From contig NW_027191463.1 in NCBI RefSeq assembly GCF_011745625.1, positions 248,001 to 312,000 of the forward strand: a DNA stretch of 64,000 nt, written 5' to 3'. Source of the stretch: Cladosporium halotolerans. Lineage: Eukaryota. The notes beneath the pieces are model-generated. The model was given only the letters and a program-made list of their open reading frames with translations, was not told the DNA's origin and made no database searches. Position 1 is the first letter of the stretch; the number at the start of each line of letters is the position of its first letter. The translations under genes were made by a program, and so were the position numbers. Shown in pieces: positions 22,281-34,270 of the stretch.

Positions 22281-25229
22281 CTAGAACCCCTGCTTTCTCT
22301 TCTTCTTCGCCGGCGGCCTACCACCAAACCTCCCCGCCGTCGCCTGGCTGGCAGCTCCTGGCGCACGAATCTGACTACTCCCAATCCCTCCACTGAAAGC
22401 ATTCCCAGCAGGTCCTGCAGCAGGCTGATTCTCCACTTTGGCGCCCGCGAACTGCGGCTGACTCGCGCTGACGACAAGCTCCGGCATCTGGCTGCTGGCC
22501 AAATGCTGCTGCTGGCTTGCAGCAGCCTCCTTGCGTTGCCTCCGGATGTGGCGCTCCGCCTTACGATGCATACGTGCGCGCTGCTTCTCCGTGAGCTGCG
22601 ATTCGGCTTCTTCCTCTTCCGTGCGCTGGGTTATCCGGCGGGAAGCGGCGATCCAGTCGTATTCCGCCGGGTCTGCGCCCACGGTCCAATGGTCCAGAAC
22701 TTTGTTGAGGGATCGAGCAAGAGCGGACGGAGCGGGTTTGGTGAAACTGACGTACTTTGACAGGCGTGAGACTTCGGCTGAGGTAAAGGCAGACATACGG
22801 CTGGAAGCTGTGGTGACGGACGGGGTGCCGGTTGGTGAAGGCGTAGGGAGTGCGGACTGAGAAGCGATGGCGTCGCTGAAGTGGCTCGCGTGTGAGGCCT
22901 CCGCACCGCGCACTGGAAGGTCCCAGCTCTGGCTCTGCGACTCTGGTGCCGTCTCGGGCTGCGTGTCTTTAGGCCCTTCGGGCGCGTCTGGCCGTAGTAC
23001 ATGACCTGCGAGATTGACTTCTGCAGCGAGTCTTCGCGCCAGCTGCTCTTTGGCTAGTCGGATGCGTCCACGCACAGCATCAGGAAGCGGCGAGATCCAG
23101 TGTGAGATGATTCTCTCATATGTTAGATTCAAATCTTCGCCAAATGACTGAAGAGGAGCCCACGACGGTGAAGAATTCTCCGAAATGGGTCGAAGCAACA
23201 GTTTCATGCCAGCTTCAAAGCCATCAACATCACCAAGTGGTCGCTCTGGCGGTTCATCTTGCATTGCCATAAGCTGCTGCATCTGGGTTGCAGCACGACC
23301 CATATCATCCACTGTAAGCTCTTCGTTGGAGACTTCGAAAGCGGTTGTCATAGGTTTGACATTAGGCTCCATGGGTCTTTCGAGAAGGTCCCTTATCTGG
23401 TCGGAAACATCCTCCACAGATCTCGTGTGTGTTGCTTGCCGCTGTGCACTGTGAGCTACCCGCTCAAGATTGGATGTCCATTCACGGCGGACAAGTCGTC
23501 TACCCTGCCCTCTCCTTTGCTTGACGTAATTGGCGACGGGCTCGCGTGCGTCGTTTTCAGGGTCTGAGAGCATGGAAAATTCATCCGTCACAAAGCTCTC
23601 TTTGATCCTGGTAGAAGTCCCCGCGGGCTTGTCTCGCCATGCGGGGGCCATGATCTGCGATGTTTGACGTCGGTAAGGACGGTCAAGATAGATCAGATTG
23701 GAGATAGTGAGGTCCTTCTTGAGTGCCATCAATGAAACGAAGCGACAATCATCTGCTCGCAAGCGTCCCATGAGCGAGTTGCCGGAGTGGCCGGAGCGGT
23801 TTTCGGCTGTTGCGATAGGGTGGATGTGAAGTCCGAGGACACCGTTGATTCCAAACTGACATTCCAATTGCACAGGGTCGTGCAAGACTGTCGTCTTCCC
23901 GCTGTTAATCGTGAACCTATAAGCAATGGCTGTCGTATTTAGGGCGGACCGAAGGATAACCGTCATATCTACACAGTTATCAGTACACATTTTCTACCAA
24001 CGGTGGCACAAGCGCATACCTTGTTCGTCACGATGTAACGTCAGCCGCAGAGTGATGTCTTGCGGGTTTTGGAAATGCCTAATGCGCATTTCGAGATGCG
24101 CCCGGACCTCGCTGCGTTCTTCTTCGAACGTAAAAAGGTGCAAATACGTGCTTGTGAGTATCATAACGCGTGCAGGGTCGGAGGGCACACTTGCTACATC
24201 CAATACCCAGGCTGAGACATCAGAGACGCCAAGATCGAGATCCTGTAGTTTTGAAGGACCCGTAGTCAAGTCATAGAGAGCCACGTTGCGCCTGGTCGCA
24301 ATCGCGACGATGCTGGGATTGCATACCCACAGTAGACGCGCCCAGCCGTCATTGAGCACACCTGCTTTGAGATCATCTCCACTGGCCGCAAAGGAGTGGA
24401 CACAAGTAGCTTCAGATGACTCCCTGCTTCGAAACTCCCAAACACTCCAGTGCTCAAACCGATCGATGACCGCGAATTGTCGAGGGAACCAAGGATTGAA
24501 AGCCACATCAGCATGTGGCGCAGAATTATGTTGCTGGCAGGCAGGCAGGTGAAATAGAAGCTTAAGCTTCAGCCAACCAGGGCCGAAAGCTCGCAGTATC
24601 GGTTTGAAGATCACAGTTCGGCTGCCGGTTCGCACCGCAAGCAGGTTCTCACCAATTTCTAGAGGCTGCGCAAAGCAGACCTGCAAGACGGGTGAGCCAC
24701 CGCCTCTCCAGACGACTTCTTCTCCAGCGATTACAGGCACTTCCAGCCACATTGCTCTGCTGTCGCTCCAACCCTGCCTCTCCATTTGCACCTGGAGGAC
24801 CTTCACGTCGCTGCCTGTTGCGCCTGAAGCAAAGGCTATGATCTGCCTCGATCTGCGCACCTGCTCATCAAATACCCGGCCAAAAGAGACTAGAGGTCCC
24901 TTGACAGGATCGTGTCTGTCGATGGCGGTTTCGACAGCTTCGGAAGCCTGGAGAAGGGGCTTAAGAAGCGACGTCGCTGGCTGAATCTCGGGACGATTCC
25001 GAGTAGCTTCTTTGATTTCCCTTTCATATCGTTGACTCGGCAACTCAGCCGATGAGCGCTCTGCAATAGCCCTTTCGGATGGTTTGATCGCGATATCTTG
25101 CGTTTCGAGTGGTTCAAGGATTCGAGGTAGGCCCGGCTTTTTTTCAAAACACCAGGACTGGTCTTCAGAGTTGTAAGTAGCTTGCCCAAAATGGCCGTAG
25201 GGCAGGCCGTTCCAATCTTGGTCAGCCAT
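22281..25229 (-). CDS. RRN6: RNA polymerase I core factor subunit Rrn6 (TAF1C-like); exons 25229-24020 and 23968-22281, 965 aa
   Basis: N-terminal LPYGHFGQATY..W.F, beta-propeller motif HADVAFNPW..QFAVID..WSVW, HFQNPQDITL, helical RIRLAKEQLARRLA, LDHWTVGADPAEYDW, C-terminal GRFGGRP..KKKRKQGF. Confidence 0.82.
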
Positions 25230-25831
25230 TCGGCTTTATAATCTTGGATGGTCGTAAGATGTCAAGTCCGAACGCCAACATGATAAAGCTGCTCATCCAC
25301 AGTGAAGGAAATTTGAGAGTCTGCACTGTAGAGCTGACCGATCAGTCACTGATGGAAGTTGTGTGCCTGGTTAGAGATGCGAAGTGTGAGATGAGGACGT
25401 CTTCAAGCAACTTTTGGAGAGGCTGGAAGTCGAAGTCTTCAAAGGCTAGGATCGAGCGGTCCGCTCCGCTGCGGCGCTAGTGCTCTTGAGTGCTGAGAGA
25501 ATGGCCACCTGCGGCTCTTGATATTGCGTTTCAAGAGGCTTATTTACAAGGCAATCACGTGGCCAACGTAAAGCCCCAAGATTGATGGATGTGCCATGTT
25601 TCCCTTCAATGATCGTGTTTCCGCTATGTTGAGGTGTGAAGAAGATGACGAAGATACAAGCGCTCGCGCTAATGCAGGCTGCCGAAGCTGTTGCCGGGCG
25701 GCAGTCGGATGTTTGTTGACGCCGCGCCGACTGCACGTCGAACTTTACGCGCACTACACCACACTCACTCGATCGCGAGTATTGCTTGATCACACACGCA
25801 AGAATTCCCACATTCTCACACGTTCGCAATC

Positions 25832-26691
25832 ATGGCCGCCATACCAGCAACTCCCAGCCGCTTCGGCAACTCTTTCTCCGCCTCGCACGCTCCCTATGAC
25901 ACCGATGCCCCCTCAATGGCGGACAGCCTGCCGTCTGTCGATTTCGGCTTCAACGACCTACGCGAGCGCATGGCAGCCTTCACCGCGCGATTTGACGACT
26001 TCATTGAGCGCGGCCGCAAGCGTGTTCTCGAAGAGCGAAATGCCTTCCGCATGAATGTCGCCGAGCTTGAGGGTACGTCGCATTTTCACCCAGCAACAGC
26101 GACAACAAAAACATGTCCATACTAACGCATGTCCGTCTAGAAACCCAGCGCACGCGCCGCCTCGCAATCAACGACATGCAATCTAAGTCATCCTCTCACG
26201 CCGAAACTCTGGAGAAAGAAGCGCAGGAAACAACCGAGATGCACGCCGCGATCGCCGCGCTCTCGCTGCAGAAAGACGAGCACATTTCGCGGCGCCAGCA
26301 GCTGCAATCGGAAATCTCCACGACTCAAGCAGCGATCAGACAGCGACGCGAGGCGCAGGCTGCGCACCAGCGTGCTCTCGATTCGCAAGCCCGACACAAC
26401 GTACCCGAGCTGCGATTCTGGGAGCAATGTCTTGGTCTGAGAATTGAGGGTGCGGAAGATGGAGGAGAGAGGCTGCGGTTTTGCTTCAGCTGTGTGGATG
26501 AGAAGGACGATGATGTTGAGGCGTGGTTTGAGATCGACACGGGTGCAAGGGACTTTGAGGTCGTGACGACGCAGCCGCGATTGGAGGTCGAGGACGTCGA
26601 GGCAGTGGTCGAGAGGTCGAACGAGACGAGAGAGCTGACGGCCTTGCTCAAAGGCATGAGGGGCTTGCTCGTGGAGGCTCTAAAGGGCTAA
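25832..26691 (+). CDS. SPC25: Kinetochore Ndc80 complex subunit Spc25; exons 25832-26072 and 26141-26691, 263 aa
   Basis: LPSVDFGFNDLRERMAAFTARFDDFIERGRKRVLEERN coiled coil, then RWD-like NVPELRFWEQCLGLRIEG..LRFCFSCVDE..WFEID..LLKGMR. Confidence 0.9.
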
Positions 26692-26802
26692 TTGCTCGCT
26701 TTTCATCTTTCTTATACTACATCACTGTGACGAGATACCCAAGGACAATGGAGACTATTTATCGCCAATCTTCCAGTCGTTCATTCGCAAGATATACAAT
26801 CA

Positions 26803-28965
26803 TCATTGCGCTTCCATTAGCACTTTCGTCCAATCGTGAGCGTCCCACCGCTTCCTGAAATGCTCCAATCGCCTGTCGTGTCTCTCCCACCTGCCTTGCT
26901 TTTTGATGGTCTCGGGGCCCTTGTCCAGCATGCCACCAATAATCTCTCGCGCAAACAAGTCACCCTTCGGCCACCTCCTTTCGTCTTCAACGACGTGGCC
27001 CATTCCGCCATCGAGCGAGAACCAGACGTGGAAGTAAGGCATCTCTTTCGCGAGCGCTTTGCGGAAAGCTTGCTTGCCATACCCGGGCCTCTGCGTAAGC
27101 GCCTGCGTGTCGATGACAGGCTTGTGCTGCGACCACTGTTCATCGGATGAAAGAATTGCTTCCTTGAAATACGCCGGTGCTGTCTCGGCCAGATGGTGCG
27201 GAAGAGGAACGGCCATGAGCGCTGCGTGACCTTTCCGCGCGTGCATGAAAGCGGCATTCTCGTAGAAGATGACGCTCTTGTCTTGAGCGGCGTAGAACCG
27301 TGTGAGCGATTTCATGAAGTTGCGCATCTCCTCCCACTCGTCATCATCGCACTCCAGCAGGTTGAGGCGATGCTGGATAGGAACAATTACGGCGCCGTAC
27401 TTGGCTAATTCTGGCTCAGTCTGTAGTGTGAGATAGGTGCGTGTGGCGAGGCTTATGACCGGTGCAGTCGGAGGTCGATTGGCTTCTTCGTGGTAGCAGA
27501 GAGGGCAGCTTTCCAGTACTTTCTGCATCTTCTGGAAGTCGCCAATGGCGGTGTTGCGCAGGTTGCCCTCAGATTTGACAATCTTCTTGCTAAGATTCAT
27601 GGCATTATCATCCATGTAGTCGAGATCGTTATTGAACTTGGAGTCTTTCGCTATGCGTTCTGCGAAGTTGCGACCTTCTCCGCCAAAGGCGCCACGCGTA
27701 CGCTTCTCGTTGCGAACCATGTCATCGATACTCATGTCCTCATTCTCGACCACAAGACCCCGCTCACGGCCACGCTTGCCGCTGACGGCTGTGACTTCGC
27801 CGCTGCGGTCTCCGGCTAACTGACGATTCTCCACGTTGTTGAGCACGACCACATCCGTCTGCGCAGCATTGGCCGCACCGGCGGCGGCCGCAAGATTGTA
27901 CTCTTCCTCGAGTTTCGCGGCATTGGGCGCCTTCATCAACTTAGCTTTCATAAGCTGTGCTTTGAGCTTGTTGAGCGAAGACGTGTCAAGAGGCACAGTT
28001 CTGGCTGGAGCTTCCTTCTCCGACATCTGCTCGCCTTGAGGTGGAGGTTCTGTGGGCTCGGTCTCTGCGTTGGACTCCCTCCTCAGACCAGCCTTCATCT
28101 TGCGTTCTTGATAGAATTCGCCGCTCGGTTTTTCCAGCCCAACATAGTCCTTCCCATACATCTTGCGCCTATCCAGCTCGCGTTCTTCTTCTCTCGCATC
28201 GTCGAAGTCCCGAAGATCGCCGTAGGTCTCCATCGCAACGTCCTCCACTGATTTCTTGTTCTCCTCCGCCTTTCGGTAAACCGCCTTCAGCTTCGTCATG
28301 CGCCACGAGCTACCGTTATCGCCGAAAGTATAGCTGACCTCGTGCTGGGCCGGCTTGTCCTGAACCGCGCTTTCCCCGCCGCCCTCGTCCCCGTCGGAAT
28401 CGAAGTCCCTCTGCAGATCGGCCAAATGTTGATTGACCTGGGTTTCGTGAACTTTGAAGTCATGTGTATCCTTCGCGCCTACGAATTGGCCTTTGGGCTC
28501 TTCCTGCTTCCTCCGCTGGACGTAATCGATGTCAAGCTGAGATGGCTCTTGCATCCAAGCATCGCGCTGTACTTTGCTTTCCTTCAGATCTGGACCTCGC
28601 GAGTCCAGGGTCTGCTCTTCCGGCGGCGCAGTCTCAGCCTCTTTCTCTACCCACTCGTCGTCATCGTTGTCCGAATCGAACACTTTCACTTCCTCATCTC
28701 GTTTCTTGTCGCGCTTCGGTGATCCACTGCGGTGTCTCTTCCTGTGCCGTCTTTCGTCATCATCGTCTCGATCGCGGTGTCGCTTATGTCTGTGTCTTCG
28801 CTCCTCGTCACGCGAATCGTCTCTGTGACGATGCGAGCGGTGGTGATGATGTCGTCGTTCGCGGTCCTTGTCTCTGCTCCGGCTGCGGTCGCGTCTGCTG
28901 CGGTGATGCGAGTCGCGTGATTTACTACTCTGCGCGAGCTCGCGCTCGAAATCTTCCAGCCCCAT
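26803..28965 (-). CDS. CWF19: Spliceosome / lariat-turnover factor Cwf19 (CWF19L2), CwfJ C-terminal domains
   Basis: Likely start MGLEDFERE at 28965. RS/RH-rich N-terminus, RDAWM, GSSWRMTKLK, CPLC, IVPIQH..DDDEWEEMRNFMKSL, FYEN, APAYFKEAI..WSQHK, MPYFHVWF..GGMGHVVED..FAREIIGGML. Confidence 0.9.
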   Translation of the reverse strand: MGLEDFERELAQSSKSRDSHHRSRRDRSRSRDKDRERRHHHHRSHRHRDDSRDEERRHRHKRHRDRDDDDERRHRKRHRSGSPKRDKKRDEEVKVFDSDNDDDEWVEKEAETAPPEEQTLDSRGPDLKESKVQRDAWMQEPSQLDIDYVQRRKQEEPKGQFVGAKDTHDFKVHETQVNQHLADLQRDFDSDGDEGGGESAVQDKPAQHEVSYTFGDNGSSWRMTKLKAVYRKAEENKKSVEDVAMETYGDLRDFDDAREEERELDRRKMYGKDYVGLEKPSGEFYQERKMKAGLRRESNAETEPTEPPPQGEQMSEKEAPARTVPLDTSSLNKLKAQLMKAKLMKAPNAAKLEEEYNLAAAAGAANAAQTDVVVLNNVENRQLAGDRSGEVTAVSGKRGRERGLVVENEDMSIDDMVRNEKRTRGAFGGEGRNFAERIAKDSKFNNDLDYMDDNAMNLSKKIVKSEGNLRNTAIGDFQKMQKVLESCPLCYHEEANRPPTAPVISLATRTYLTLQTEPELAKYGAVIVPIQHRLNLLECDDDEWEEMRNFMKSLTRFYAAQDKSVIFYENAAFMHARKGHAALMAVPLPHHLAETAPAYFKEAILSSDEQWSQHKPVIDTQALTQRPGYGKQAFRKALAKEMPYFHVWFSLDGGMGHVVEDERRWPKGDLFAREIIGGMLDKGPETIKKQGRWERHDRRLEHFRKRWDAHDWTKVLMEAQ

Positions 28966-29271
28966 GGTGGTATGTGTGAACAAACTGGTCGCGTGGATGG
29001 CTCCCGCGAATGCGACTGGAAGTGGAGGCTCCAACGCCGCGTTTGCGGAGAAGGAAGCTTGAGCTTCGACGTTGGATTTTCTCGACAAAAGTGACCTCAT
29101 CTTTAACATCACGGCAACCGAACTACAACTCTCCCTGCGCGCACGCACTGAGTCGCCGATCTTCCTCAATATCGCAAACCACAACAGGATCTGACTAAAA
29201 GCTTCTTGGACCTTCCGACCCGGCCTTTGAACCCCACCAACATCCAGCCGACCCCTCCATCTTCATCTATC

Positions 29272-30516
29272 ATGGCCTCGTCCAGCACAGCAGCCGGCGC
29301 AGGCGCCCAGCAAAAGCAACCGCCAGTCTCGATCGTCTGCGTAGGCATGGCCGGATCTGGCAAAACGACCTTCATGCAGCGCATCAACTCCCACCTCCAC
29401 ACACAGCACACGCAAGCACCCGACACGACCGCGCCGCCGTACGTGATGAACCTGGACCCCGCGGTACGCAGCGTGCCCTTCGACTCGAACATCGACATCC
29501 GCGACTCGGTCAACTACAAAGAAGTCATGAAGCAGTACAACCTAGGCCCGAACGGCGGCATCCTGACCAGCCTGAACCTCTTCAGCACGAAAATCGACCA
29601 GGTCATGAGCATCCTGGAGAACCGCTGCCTGCCGAAGGCTCCCGCCGAAGGCGACGACACACCCGCGAAGCCGACGACCGACCACATCATCGTCGACACG
29701 CCGGGGCAGATCGAGGTCTTCGTGTGGTCGGCGTCGGGCTCCATCCTGCTGTCGTCGCTCGCCTCGTCCTTCCCGACCGTCATCGCGTACGTGATCGACA
29801 CGCCGCGCACGACGGAGAACACCTCCACGTTCATGAGCAACATGCTCTACGCCATCTCGATTCTGTACAAGACGAAGCTGCCGATGATCTTGGTCTTCAA
29901 CAAAACGGACGTGAAAGAGCCGACGGAGGCGATCGAGTGGATGCGTGACTTCGAGTCCTTCCAAGCGGCCGTCAGGCAGGAGGAGGAAGAGGAGCGCGAG
30001 GGCAGCGGGTACATGGGCAGCTTGCTGAACAGCATGAGCCTGGTGCTGGAGGAGTTCTACAACCACCTGAGCGTCGTCGGTGTGTCGGCGATGACGGGCG
30101 ACGGCGTGGAGGACTTTTTCCGCGCGGTGGAGGAGAAGCGTGTCGAATTCAACAAGGAGTACAAGCCGGAGCTTGATCGCAAGAAGGAGGAGGCGGAGGC
30201 TGCGAAAGCTGGCGGCACGGAGAAGGAGATGAATCGTTTGATGCAGGATATGGAGGTTTCGTCGCGCGCGAAGGGCACGGGCAAGTACAAGCGGGCGCCG
30301 AAGGAGGAGCCGGAGACTGTGAGCGAGGCGGAGGAAATGGATGGCGAGTCTGAGGATGAGGCGAGGTGGGTCGAGAGGGATGACGACGTGCCTGAGGAGG
30401 AGATGGAGGAGGATGCAGACGGTAGCCTGCAGGCACGGTATGCTCAGGCTCTGAAGGACGAGTCTGGTGGTGCTGCAGGCAGTGCTGCTGGGTACATTCG
30501 GAGAACACAGGGGTGA
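29272..30516 (+). CDS. GPN1: GPN-loop GTPase 1 (Npa3/XAB1)
   Basis: [11 protein letters not shown]-loop, [38 protein letters not shown] (GPN motif), [20 protein letters not shown], acidic C-terminal tail. Confidence 0.95.
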   Translation: MASSSTAAGAGAQQKQPPVSIVCVGMAGSGKTTFMQRINSHLHTQHTQAPDTTAPPYVMNLDPAVRSVPFDSNIDIRDSVNYKEVMKQYNLGPNGGILTSLNLFSTKIDQVMSILENRCLPKAPAEGDDTPAKPTTDHIIVDTPGQIEVFVWSASGSILLSSLASSFPTVIAYVIDTPRTTENTSTFMSNMLYAISILYKTKLPMILVFNKTDVKEPTEAIEWMRDFESFQAAVRQEEEEEREGSGYMGSLLNSMSLVLEEFYNHLSVVGVSAMTGDGVEDFFRAVEEKRVEFNKEYKPELDRKKEEAEAAKAGGTEKEMNRLMQDMEVSSRAKGTGKYKRAPKEEPETVSEAEEMDGESEDEARWVERDDDVPEEEMEEDADGSLQARYAQALKDESGGAAGSAAGYIRRTQG

Positions 30517-32748
30517 ATGGGAAGGGCGACGAGTGAAGCTTGACGAATACTGCATATTGCACACTTAGCGAAGGCGTTGGTTTGGTTACCCTAGGTACCT
30601 TGAGAATCTCGAAGGCTCAAGTTGATAGACTTTCGAAACATGGAAATTCAAACAATTATCGTACGCAACGAGTAACGAGGTCATTCATTCACCAACCTCA
30701 GACTATATCCACCAAATCAAATCAACATCCGAATCGAACAACGAGAGCAGAATTGAAACTGGTGAACCAGCACTTGCAGTCTCGCACTCTCGCAGTCCCA
30801 TTCCCTCACTCCCTCACTCACTCACTCACGCACGCACGCACATCAACAACCCTACCCAAAAGCGCAACACCACCCCGATCGATCCAAGCCCACATGTCAA
30901 TCCACTTCCACGTGCGCAGCCTCATCTACCACCAACCCAACAGAAAAATCTCCGAGCCGTTCCTACCTACACATCCACGCACTCCCGCCAGGGAACAAGG
31001 ATGCTCCCCAAAGAAATCCAACCCTGCATCCAACCCACCCTGCGTCAAGTCCAAGCCCAGATCATCGATCCAATCCCACAAACAGGGAAACCCGCACCCG
31101 ACCGCTCGGCGCCGCCAGCCAGCTCAGAGTCATGGCGCAAACCTCGCGCGCCACTACCAATCTCATCTCAGCCCTGCAGCCGCGCTGCAATGAGCCAGAA
31201 CGCCGGCACCGAGTCCCTCGCACGGGGACTCGCACGGGGACCGCAGCAGGTAGGGAGAGGAAGAAAATGTCCGAGAGCAGCGACCACTTCGCAGCACACA
31301 GACACAGGCGGTACGTCAGACCGCACCTCCAAGTACAGCACCTAGCAAGGCGCAGTGGCCCAGCCCAGCGAGCACCGACTCCTCGGTCACGCACGCCGCA
31401 AGAGCTGGGTCGGTCGGTCGACCAGGCCAGGCAGCCAGCCAGCACGATCTGCGCGGGCGAACCGTTGCGTTTCGTTTCGCCGAGCGAAGCGCGAGGCCTC
31501 CCTCGCCCTCGAGCACAGAAACAACGATACAATAAGAGAGAGCGACTAATAATAAGGGACCGTAAAGTCCGGTGCGCGCAGCCTGTGCCGTGGACGCCTG
31601 AACTCGCCTGACCCGATACTGCAATACACGCGAGGAGACCAGGAATAATAAGGTAGGGAGGGCGCACGTTTGGCTTGACAGATGCGGCTCCGCGCAGCGC
31701 GAGCCGTGTTTCGCGAGTCTACTATGTACCTGCCACCTGCCAGTGTGGCGGCGGGAGGGCGGGAGATGTTTTTCGCTTAGGATGAGACAGACAGGCGGGC
31801 GGGCGGTGCACGTTCTGTTCCATATGGAGCGGTGGCTGTAAGGCTGAAGGGGAAGGGGAGTCGGACGTGGGAAAGGACGGGACGATGGAGGAATTTGTGC
31901 GCTGCGCTACCGCTAGGGACGATTTGGGCGTTTGACGATGGAGATTCAATCGAAGAGCAGAACATCGTTCATTCGGAGAAAGAGCACGGTAGATAAAATA
32001 CATCGGGTAGTACAGTCTGCGGAAAGTCTCGAATTCGGGATCGCGATCGCGGCGCAAAAAAAAAAGCTCGATTTTTTCTGCTAGGTCGAAAAAAAAAAAA
32101 GTCATGAACACTAATACTACTAGTAATCGAGGTACCTCAGGCGCGCTTTCCGACTGCTTAGCAGTGTAAGCGGCTTCGATGTATTTTTTCTGCAATTTCT
32201 TCTCCCTGGGATTCCCTTCCCAAGCGCGTGTCGCTCGAGGCTCGTGCTCGTCCCGTCCGTTTGGGTTCTCAAACCCTGATCCGCCCATCGTGACCAGGAG
32301 CCTGTTGTTTCCATGTGTCGGGTATCAAGCCAACCCAAGATAGAAGAGAAAAAGAAAAGAGAACAGTGCCTCTCGAAGCCTCCATAGACAGAGACCGATC
32401 AGTCCAGAACGCCGACGCTGAAGATTTCCGTTTCGTGAAAAAGGAGGAAAGGTGGAATGTTGCCGGTTGCCTTTTTGGTGAAGAGGTTGTCATGACTCTA
32501 TGCCTGTGACCTCTGTGCACAGGCTTTGAATGAATCCCAACCCGGCCCGAAGCATACGGCGCCCTCCCGCCGGCATGCTGTAGATAAACTAGAACACAAG
32601 ACTGGGTATATGTGCAAACCAAGTAAAAGTACAGTAGGAGAGGGTTGCTGGTGGTGATGGCAGGAAGTGTCGTGTTCCTTTAACAGCAACATGGTTGCTT
32701 GTCAATGATGGGTGGCGAGGAGCTACCAACGTTGAGGACATCGTCCTC

Positions 32749-34122
32749 CTAAGGCGTACGGCCTCCGCTGGAAGGGCTCTTCTTCTCTTCTGATAGCCTG
32801 CGGTGTTCGCTGGCGGCGAGGGCGAGGCTGTTCAGTCCATTCGAGAGACCAGGCGAAGGGTAGGAGAAGTTGAGGTTGTCGGGGTCACCCATCATCTGAG
32901 CGGGAGGGGCAAAGAAGTCGACGGGGTTGCCACCGAAGGTACCTCCCCTCTGAAGGGAAGGGCGGCCTGCGTGCTCATTCATGGCAGGCATTGGGAGGGA
33001 GTGGATGGGACCAGGATCGGCGGTGTTAAGGAAGTAAGGGCCGCCGACGGGAGGGATGAGGATAGCAGGGTCTGTGGTCTGCTGAGGCTGGGAGTGGGGA
33101 GCGTTGCGAGGTTGAGGTTGCATCTGAGCCTGAGGCATGGGCATCTGAGGTTGAGGCTGCTGCTGCTCAGAAAGCTGCTGCTCGACGGCAGCCTCGAGGG
33201 CAGGGTCGGCCTTGATGGCCTTCTTGGGCGCAGGCTTGGTAGTCTTCTTGACCTTGGAGTCGTCGCTGCTACCGCTGGTGCGAGAAGCGCCACGGCCGTT
33301 TTGGTGGGTGCGGCGGTGCTGCTCCATGTTGTCTTTACGCGTGAAGGCCTTGTTGCACTCGGGGCAGAAGGCGTCCTTCTTGCCGGTGTGCTTCTTCGCG
33401 TGACGTGCAGCATGGCCAGAGGTGGTGAAGTAGTCGCCGCAGTTGAACTGCTTGGCGAGAGGGCAAGGGTACTGGTTCTTCTTGGGCGCGGCGGGACGCG
33501 CGCCGTTGGACGCGGCAGACACGGTCGAGACGCGCGACGGCTCCGACGAGGGAGAGTTGGACGCGCGATACAGCTGCTGCGGAACAGATTGCATGGGCTG
33601 CTGGACGGGCGGCGCGACCTGGGCAGGCATGGGCGCCGACATCGCGTACGCGGACGGCATGGCGAGGTTCGACGCGTCGGGCGGCGGGTACATCGACATA
33701 GCAGGGTCGTCCATCTTGGGGTAACGCGGCTGGACGAGGAAGTACTGCTGCGCGCCTTGCTGCGAGTGCGCGGCGTGGTGGGCCTGGGCGGGGTGGTGCT
33801 TGTGGTGGTGCTGGTGCTGGTGCTGGGCGTGGTGGTGCTCGTGGAAGCTGTGCTGGGCGGGCGTCAGAGGCGACGGGGTGCCGAAGACGCGCGAGTCGCT
33901 GGAGTCGCTGCGCACGAGCGGCGGCGTCTGCGGCGAGAGGCTGGGGGTGGAAGTGCAGCTGGAGGCGCGAGAATGTGCGCGCGGGTGGTGGTGCGGGTGG
34001 TGGTGAGAACGGTGCGCGGCGAGAGGCGGGAGTTGATGGTGCGCCTTGGTGGCCAGCGGAGCTACGTCACTACTGTCGTTGAGTAGTGATACCTTGCTGC
34101 CGGTCGAGTTTCTACCGTCCAT
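32749..34122 (-). CDS. C2H2 zinc-finger transcriptional repressor, Nrg1 / Neurospora CSP-1-like, 457 aa
   Basis: Two C2H2 fingers YPCPLAKQFNCGDYFTTSGHAARHAKKHTG-KKDAFCPECNKAFTRKDNMEQHRRTH. The FTTSGH..RH and R.DN..QH.RTH recognition helices match Nrg1-type proteins. N-terminal VSLLND, His/Gln/Pro-rich linkers, LNSLALAA near the C-terminus. Orthology not tested. Confidence 0.88.
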   Translation of the reverse strand: MDGRNSTGSKVSLLNDSSDVAPLATKAHHQLPPLAAHRSHHHPHHHPRAHSRASSCTSTPSLSPQTPPLVRSDSSDSRVFGTPSPLTPAQHSFHEHHHAQHQHQHHHKHHPAQAHHAAHSQQGAQQYFLVQPRYPKMDDPAMSMYPPPDASNLAMPSAYAMSAPMPAQVAPPVQQPMQSVPQQLYRASNSPSSEPSRVSTVSAASNGARPAAPKKNQYPCPLAKQFNCGDYFTTSGHAARHAKKHTGKKDAFCPECNKAFTRKDNMEQHRRTHQNGRGASRTSGSSDDSKVKKTTKPAPKKAIKADPALEAAVEQQLSEQQQPQPQMPMPQAQMQPQPRNAPHSQPQQTTDPAILIPPVGGPYFLNTADPGPIHSLPMPAMNEHAGRPSLQRGGTFGGNPVDFFAPPAQMMGDPDNLNFSYPSPGLSNGLNSLALAASEHRRLSEEKKSPSSGGRTP

Positions 34123-34246
34123 TATGGGTTGGCCAGCTCGACGAATGACGCTTCGTCAGCGCAGACGTGGTCGGGAGGCGACGGCGAGGTCGTCGGGGCG
34201 CGGTGGGTGTTGCAGTGGGCGGCCGCGATGCGAGGAGGGCGGCGGC

Positions 34247-34270
34247 GGCAGGCAGGCAGGCAGGCAGGCA
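34247..34270. repeat. (GGCA)6 microsatellite in the leader/promoter of the C2H2 repressor
   Basis: Direct read: ggcaggcaggcaggcaggcaggca. Confidence 0.9.

Noticed and set aside
28965..29272. Upstream ORF-track extensions of CWF19 (from 29184) and GPN1 (from 29206)
   Set aside because: They begin at non-ATG codons inside the shared promoter; the ATGs at 28965 and 29272 are more plausible.
29542..30564. 340-aa minus-strand ORF
   Set aside because: Antisense to GPN1; Leu/Arg-rich mirror translation.
32803..34086. 427-aa plus-strand ORF
   Set aside because: Antisense shadow of the GC-rich C2H2 repressor gene.
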